Virus record (IMG/VR): IMGVR_UViG_2663763227_000012
Strand: one strand, 5' to 3'
Source of the DNA: a virus
Lineage: Duplodnaviria > Heunggongvirae > Uroviricota > Caudoviricetes
DNA: 20,074 nucleotides
Position 1 is the stretch's first letter. Each line of letters starts with the position of its first letter. Position numbers and translations under genes: made by a program. The notes below the pieces were generated by a model. The model made no database searches, was not told the DNA's origin, and saw only the letters and a list, made by a program, of their open reading frames with translations. Of this stretch, positions 14,874-20,074 are shown piece by piece.

Positions 14874-15875
14874 GTGCGGGTATTACTTAGACCTGTTCTG
14901 GTGCCTGAGCTTGGGCTGGTGGTCCTTAAGCCGGGCCGTGAATCCATACAGATATTTCATAATCCTCGAGTGCTGGTGGAACCGGAACCAAAAAGCATGC
15001 GTAATCTGCCATCCGGAGTCGTTCCTGCCGTTCGCCAGCCGCTGGCGGAAGACAAAACATTGCTGCCGTTTTTTAGTAACGAACGGGTGATTCGTGCTGC
15101 TGGCGGCGTTGGCGCATTGTCCGACTGGCTATTACGTCATGTTACATCCTGCCAGTGGCCTAATGGCGATTACCATCACACTGAAACAGTCATTCACCGT
15201 TATGGTACCGGCGCAATGGTGTTGTGCTGGCACTGCGACAACCAACTGCGTGACCAGACATCGGAATCACTGGAGCTGCTTGCTCAACAAAATCTGACAG
15301 CATGGGTGATTGACGTCATCCGTCACGCAATAAGCGGTACGCAGGAGCGGGAATTATCTTTGGCTGAATTATCCTGGTGGGCGGTCTGCAATCAGGTGGT
15401 GGATGCACTACCTGAGGCTGTATCGCGTCGTTCGCTGGGATTACCAGCGGAAAAAATCTGCTCGGTGTACCGCGAAAGCGACATCGTACCGGGAGAGCAG
15501 ACCGCCACCAGCATATTGAAACAACGCACAAAAAATCTTGCACCGTTGCCTTACGCCCACCAGCAACAAAAATCACCACAGGAAAAGACGGTGGTAAGCA
15601 TCACCGTTGATCCAGAGTCTCCGGAATCTTTCATGAAGCTGCCTAAACGTCGCCGCTGGGTTAAGGAGAAATACACACGTTGGGTTAAGACACAGCCGTG
15701 TGCTTGCTGCGGTATGCCAGCCGACGATCCGCATCATCTGATTGGTCACGGGCAGGGCGGAATGGGAACAAAAGCACATGATCTCTTTGTGTTGCCTTTG
15801 TGCAGAAAGCATCACAACGAGCTGCATACGGATACAGTGGCATTTGAAGATAAGTATGGCTCCCAACTGGACTGA
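14874..15875 (+). CDS. ydfU: DUF968/YdfU-like protein with C-terminal HNH-like Cys/His motif
   Basis: ORF 14835..15875 in the track; I prefer the GTG at 14874 because GGAGG sits 4 nt upstream. C-terminus CACCGMPADDPHHLIGHGQGGMGTKAHDLFVLPLCRKHHNELH is HNH-nuclease-like. Confidence 0.65.
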   Translation: MRVLLRPVLVPELGLVVLKPGRESIQIFHNPRVLVEPEPKSMRNLPSGVVPAVRQPLAEDKTLLPFFSNERVIRAAGGVGALSDWLLRHVTSCQWPNGDYHHTETVIHRYGTGAMVLCWHCDNQLRDQTSESLELLAQQNLTAWVIDVIRHAISGTQERELSLAELSWWAVCNQVVDALPEAVSRRSLGLPAEKICSVYRESDIVPGEQTATSILKQRTKNLAPLPYAHQQQKSPQEKTVVSITVDPESPESFMKLPKRRRWVKEKYTRWVKTQPCACCGMPADDPHHLIGHGQGGMGTKAHDLFVLPLCRKHHNELHTDTVAFEDKYGSQLD

Positions 15876-15935
15876 TATTTCGTTTTATCGATCGCGCGCT
15901 GGCAATTGGCGTACTGGCGTAAGTGGAGAACGAGC

Positions 15936-16688
15936 ATGAACCTTGAAGCCTTACCAAAATATTACTCCCCAAAATCTCCAAAATTGAGCGATGACGCTCC
16001 AGCGACAGGCACCGGTTGTTTAACAATTACGGATGTAATGGCAGCGCAGGGGATGGTGCAGTCGAAAGCACCACTTGGGTTGGCCTTATTTCTGGCAAAA
16101 GTTGGTGTTCAGGACCCTCAGTTTGCGATTGAAGGCCTGCTAAATTACGCGATGGCACTGGATAACCCGACATTGAACAAATTGAGTGAAGAAATCCGGT
16201 TACAGATTATTCCTTACCTCGTGAGTTTTGCCTTTGCTGATTACTCCAGGTCTGCGGCAAGTAAGGCTCGCTGTGAGCATTGTTCAGGTACGGGATTTTA
16301 TAATGTATTGCGCGAAGTGGTGAAACACTACAGACGCGGGGAATCTGTAATCAAGGAAGAATGGGTGAAGGAACTATGTCAGCATTGCCATGGTAAGGGC
16401 GAAGCCAGCACAGCGTGCAGAGGGTGTAAGGGTAAAGGGATTGTTCTGGATGAAAAAAGAACCCGGTTTCATGGCGTACCGGTATATAAGATTTGTGGGC
16501 GTTGTAATGGAAACCGGTTTAGTCGTTTACCGACCACGCTGGCACGACGTCATGTCCAGAAGCTGGTACCAGACCTGACCGATTATCAGTGGTATAAGGG
16601 GTATGCGGACGTCATTGGTAAACTGGTAACAAAGTGCTGGCAGGAAGAAGCATACGCGGAAGCGCAATTGAGGAAGGTGACGAGATAA
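15936..16688 (+). CDS. quuQ: Late-gene antiterminator Q
   Basis: 250 aa from ATG 15936 (MNLEALPKYY...), GGAG 8 nt upstream. Cys-rich zinc-binding region (CEHCSGTG...CQHCHGKG...CRGCKGKG...CGRCNGN) typical of the 82/DLP12-type Q family. Confidence 0.8.
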   Translation: MNLEALPKYYSPKSPKLSDDAPATGTGCLTITDVMAAQGMVQSKAPLGLALFLAKVGVQDPQFAIEGLLNYAMALDNPTLNKLSEEIRLQIIPYLVSFAFADYSRSAASKARCEHCSGTGFYNVLREVVKHYRRGESVIKEEWVKELCQHCHGKGEASTACRGCKGKGIVLDEKRTRFHGVPVYKICGRCNGNRFSRLPTTLARRHVQKLVPDLTDYQWYKGYADVIGKLVTKCWQEEAYAEAQLRKVTR

Positions 16689-16793
16689 ATGATTTTTGCT
16701 GAAGATGGCGACATGATGTTTGCATTTTTCAAAAAATATGGATAAAATTTTTTCAACGATGGGCTTTGTATACCCGACGTTAAGAAAAAGTAG

Positions 16794-16824
16794 AAAACCC
16801 GCTGATGAGCGGGTTTTGTGCTTT
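16794..16824. terminator. Bidirectional intrinsic terminator (candidate tR')
   Basis: CCCGC-tgatga-GCGGG stem (16798-16813) flanked by A-run and T-run, so it is T-rich on both strands. About 105 bp downstream of Q. Confidence 0.6.
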
Positions 16825-17109
16825 AAATGGGGCAATGGTAATGTTGAATCTCATCCCGGGACTCATGTCTGTTAACTTATTATTTAGCTGGTGACTTGGT
16901 TATTTGCCTGATGTTTAAAATGTTTTCTTCCAGTACAATGTCCCTAAACACAATGAGTCTGCTTATTATATTATTAGCAGAGCTATTACGGCCAAAGTAC
17001 AGCATAAGCTTTTAAAGCCAATCAACCAGTCATCAAGACAGACGGGGTTATTCATAAAAACTCTCCATGTGTGATCCGATGGGGCCTGAAATTAAAGCTT
17101 TAATATAGC

Positions 17110-17322
17110 TCATGAAAGGTAAACATTGGCAGCTGAAGGGCCACGCAGACCATTTATCCGGCAAAATTCCACGCGTAATCCGGTGGTAATTTCTTCTGCA
17201 TCGCGGAGATTGAGCGCTGAAACATGAAGCTGGACATCGATACGACCATCGGATGGGGTGATAAGACCCTTGCCGCTTTTGCCGTCAAAGGTTTTGACAA
17301 TTCCTGTCATTTTACGGGACAA
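17110..17322 (-). CDS. cspF: Cold-shock-domain protein, CspF/CspH family
   Basis: 70-aa ORF ([70 protein letters not shown]), divergent from cspB. Confidence 0.85.
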
Positions 17323-17622
17323 AAAAATTCCTTAATACTTATAACTTGGCGCACTATACACACGTTCCTGAAGAAAGCTATAGTTTTTTGATGGGGTTGA
17401 AGATGGCTGGATGTCTAAAATAAACATTGCTTCATATGTTCAACTATGCGTTAATGATTGCGTCGGTTTGAAGAACAGACGATATACGAAGTAGTTTACT
17501 AAAGCAGTTCTCATTTCAGGTGTTATTCACTTATTCCTTCTTTGAGTCTCTCCAATTAAGTACGAAGTCGTTTCTGTTATGCAAACCATTTATGCCGAAA
17601 GGCTCAAGTTAAGGAATGTAGA

Positions 17623-17838
17623 ATGTCAAATAAAATGACTGGTTTAGTAAAATGGTTTAACGCTGATAAAGGTTTCGGCTTTATTTCTCCTGTTGATGGT
17701 AGTAAAGATGTGTTTGTGCATTTTTCTGCGATTCAGAATGATAATTATCGAACCTTATTTGAAGGTCAAAAGGTTACCTTCTCTATAGAGAGTGGTGCTA
17801 AAGGTCCTGCAGCAGCAAATGTCATCATTACTGATTAA
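17623..17838 (+). CDS. cspB: Cold-shock protein CspB
   Basis: 71-aa ORF ([71 protein letters not shown]) with RNP1/RNP2 motifs and a ~300-nt AT-rich upstream region typical of csp genes. Confidence 0.9.
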   Translation: MSNKMTGLVKWFNADKGFGFISPVDGSKDVFVHFSAIQNDNYRTLFEGQKVTFSIESGAKGPAAANVIITD

Positions 17839-18118
17839 AATTCATCGCTCGTCTGTATACGATAACGAAGAAGGCTGATGCCTGAGTAGAGATACGGACA
17901 GAGTAGTGAATATTGGATCTCTTTAATAAAAAGTAAGGAGGTCCAATACATGAAACAATGGCTAGCATATTTGGCAAAATCTTAATCAGGAAAAGTATGC
18001 TAACCATTGTGGTGAAGTGCAGGTTTGCTGCATGAATAGTTTTACAGCAGAAGCTAACTGCTGGCATGGCAAAACAAAGTGCGTAAGTGGATGACTCCCA
18101 CAAAAAGCACCACAATCT

Positions 18119-18145
18119 CAAACCCGCTCAGGCGGGTTTTTTATT
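18119..18145 (+). terminator. Rho-independent terminator downstream of cspB
   Basis: CCCGC-tcag-GCGGG stem (18123-18136) followed by TTTTTTATT. Confidence 0.7.
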
Positions 18146-18201
18146 ATCTGCTTTAAATATATTATTAAAATATAAAAAATACTTGTTACTAATAAAATCA
18201 A

Positions 18202-18372
18202 TCAGGCTACAGCTTTAAGATTTGTCTGGAATACTTTGTTGCAATGAGGGCAGATCAAAAGGGCACCTTTTTGTACTCTTGAAAAACTGTGTTCTGACTC
18301 TTGGGTGCAGTTTGGGCAGGAACATTTAACGAGATAATTACGGCGTGATTTTGAGTTTTTACGTTCTGACAT
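18202..18372 (-). CDS. Small zinc-ribbon protein (CxxC...CxxC)
   Basis: 56 aa from internal Met of ORF 18202..18423 (MSERKNSKSRRNYLVKCSCPNCTQESEHSFSRVQKGALLICPHCNKVFQTNLKAVA), basic N-terminus and two CxxC pairs. May correspond to one of the small Qin zinc-binding proteins; not confirmed. Confidence 0.5.
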   Translation of the reverse strand: MSERKNSKSRRNYLVKCSCPNCTQESEHSFSRVQKGALLICPHCNKVFQTNLKAVA

Positions 18373-18591
18373 AGGCTTTTCCTGTATAAATGGCCGTATA
18401 CAGTACACTAAATATGAAAACATTTCTCGTATTATTATTTTATATATGACTTTCTTTCAAAATAATTACCCACATTTTTAATGTGTATGTTTTTTTAGCG
18501 CCGTTGAGAACAACGTGTGCTGTCAAAACTACCCCGTAGACTCCGAGCTTTTCAAACATATTGCACCATCCGTGTACATCGGGGTGAGGAT

Positions 18592-18807
18592 ATGAAATCA
18601 ATGGATAAGTTAACAACAGGTGTTGCCTATGGCACATCGGCGGGTAATGCTGGTTTCTGGGCATTGCAGTTACTCGATAAAGTAACTCCGTCACAGTGGG
18701 CTGCAATCGGTGTGCTGGGTAGCCTGGTTTTTGGCCTGCTGACGTATCTGACAAATCTTTATTTCAAGATTAAAGAAGACAGGCGTAAGGCTGCGAGAGG
18801 AGAGTAA
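18592..18807 (+). CDS. essQ: Holin (EssD/EssQ-type)
   Basis: 71 aa from ATG 18592 ([71 protein letters not shown]), GAGGA RBS, transmembrane segments and a charged C-terminus. First gene of the lysis cassette. Confidence 0.85.
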   Translation: MKSMDKLTTGVAYGTSAGNAGFWALQLLDKVTPSQWAAIGVLGSLVFGLLTYLTNLYFKIKEDRRKAARGE

Positions 18808-18811
18808 TCCA

Positions 18812-19119
18812 ATGACTCAAGACTATGAACTGGTTGTGAAAGGAGTCCGTAATTTTGAGAATAAAGTTACGGTAACTGTAGCCTTACAGGACAAAGAACG
18901 CTTTGACGGTGAAATTTTTGACCTGGATGTCGCCATGGACCGTGTTGAAGGAGCTGCGCTGGAGTTTTATGAGGCAGCAGCCAGAAGGAGCGTCCGGCAA
19001 GTCTTCCTGGAAGTAGCAGAAAAATTGTCAGAAAAAGTTGAGTCTTATCTGCAGCATCAGTACTCCTTTAAGATTGAAAATCCTGCCAATAAGCACGAGC
19101 GTCCTCATCATAAATATCT

Positions 19120-19123
<4 letters not shown>
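18812..19123 (+). CDS. ydfR: YdfR-like protein between holin and endolysin
   Basis: 103-aa ORF in the holin-to-lysozyme position, same length and position as Qin ydfR. Function unknown. Confidence 0.6.

Positions 19124-20074
<951 letters not shown>

Noticed and set aside
14460-14947. Minus-strand ORFs 14460..14672 and 14534..14947
   Set aside because: Antisense to the rem, 92-aa and DUF968 genes, which have RBS-supported starts; Ser/Arg/Pro-rich artefact translations.
15094-16026. ORFs 15094..15297 (+), 15316..15579 (-), 15573..15866 (-), 15685..16026 (-) and 15742..15939 (+)
   Set aside because: Alternative or antisense frames inside the DUF968 and Q genes.
16690-17110. tRNA genes between Q and the lysis genes, as found in some lambdoid and Stx phages
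   Set aside because: No cloverleaf-compatible sequence, with acceptor stem and T-loop GTTCRANYC motif at the right spacing, was found by eye; the region is AT-rich intergenic DNA with one terminator hairpin.
17828-18121. 97-aa minus-strand ORF downstream of cspB
   Set aside because: It lies antisense across the cspB 3' region and terminator, with a hydrophobic low-complexity translation and no RBS.
18440-18754. 104-aa minus-strand ORF overlapping the holin gene
   Set aside because: Antisense to a well-supported holin with RBS; no support of its own.

Overview
This window reads as about 20 kb of an Escherichia coli Qin/Kim-type lambdoid prophage, running from the integrase-proximal junction to the lysis cassette. 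Gene order, on both strands, is: tyrosine integrase, excisionase-like gene, a large exonuclease-domain protein, the dicB division-inhibition operon (ydfD, dicB, DicF sRNA, ydfC, ydfB, ydfA), the dicA/dicC immunity switch, a YdaT-like gene, a replication initiator with internal iterons, a hypothetical gene, a short N6-adenine methyltransferase-like ORF, a decayed AT-rich stretch, an rve-family transposase-like gene, flxA, ydfV, relB-relE-hokD, rem, a DUF968/HNH-like gene, antiterminator Q, cspF/cspB, then holin, ydfR-like, SAR-endolysin and an Rz spanin cut by an IS629-like element that runs off the window end. Identifications rest on recalled protein and RNA sequences and motifs read directly from the translation; no database search was run. 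I found no single obviously novel system. The items most worth a second look are the exonuclease sitting in the recombination slot with no annealase partner, the decayed accessory stretch at 8.7-10.4 kb with its small membrane protein, the structured leader upstream of the transposase-like gene, and the IS-disrupted lysis cassette. No tRNA, rRNA or CRISPR array was seen.
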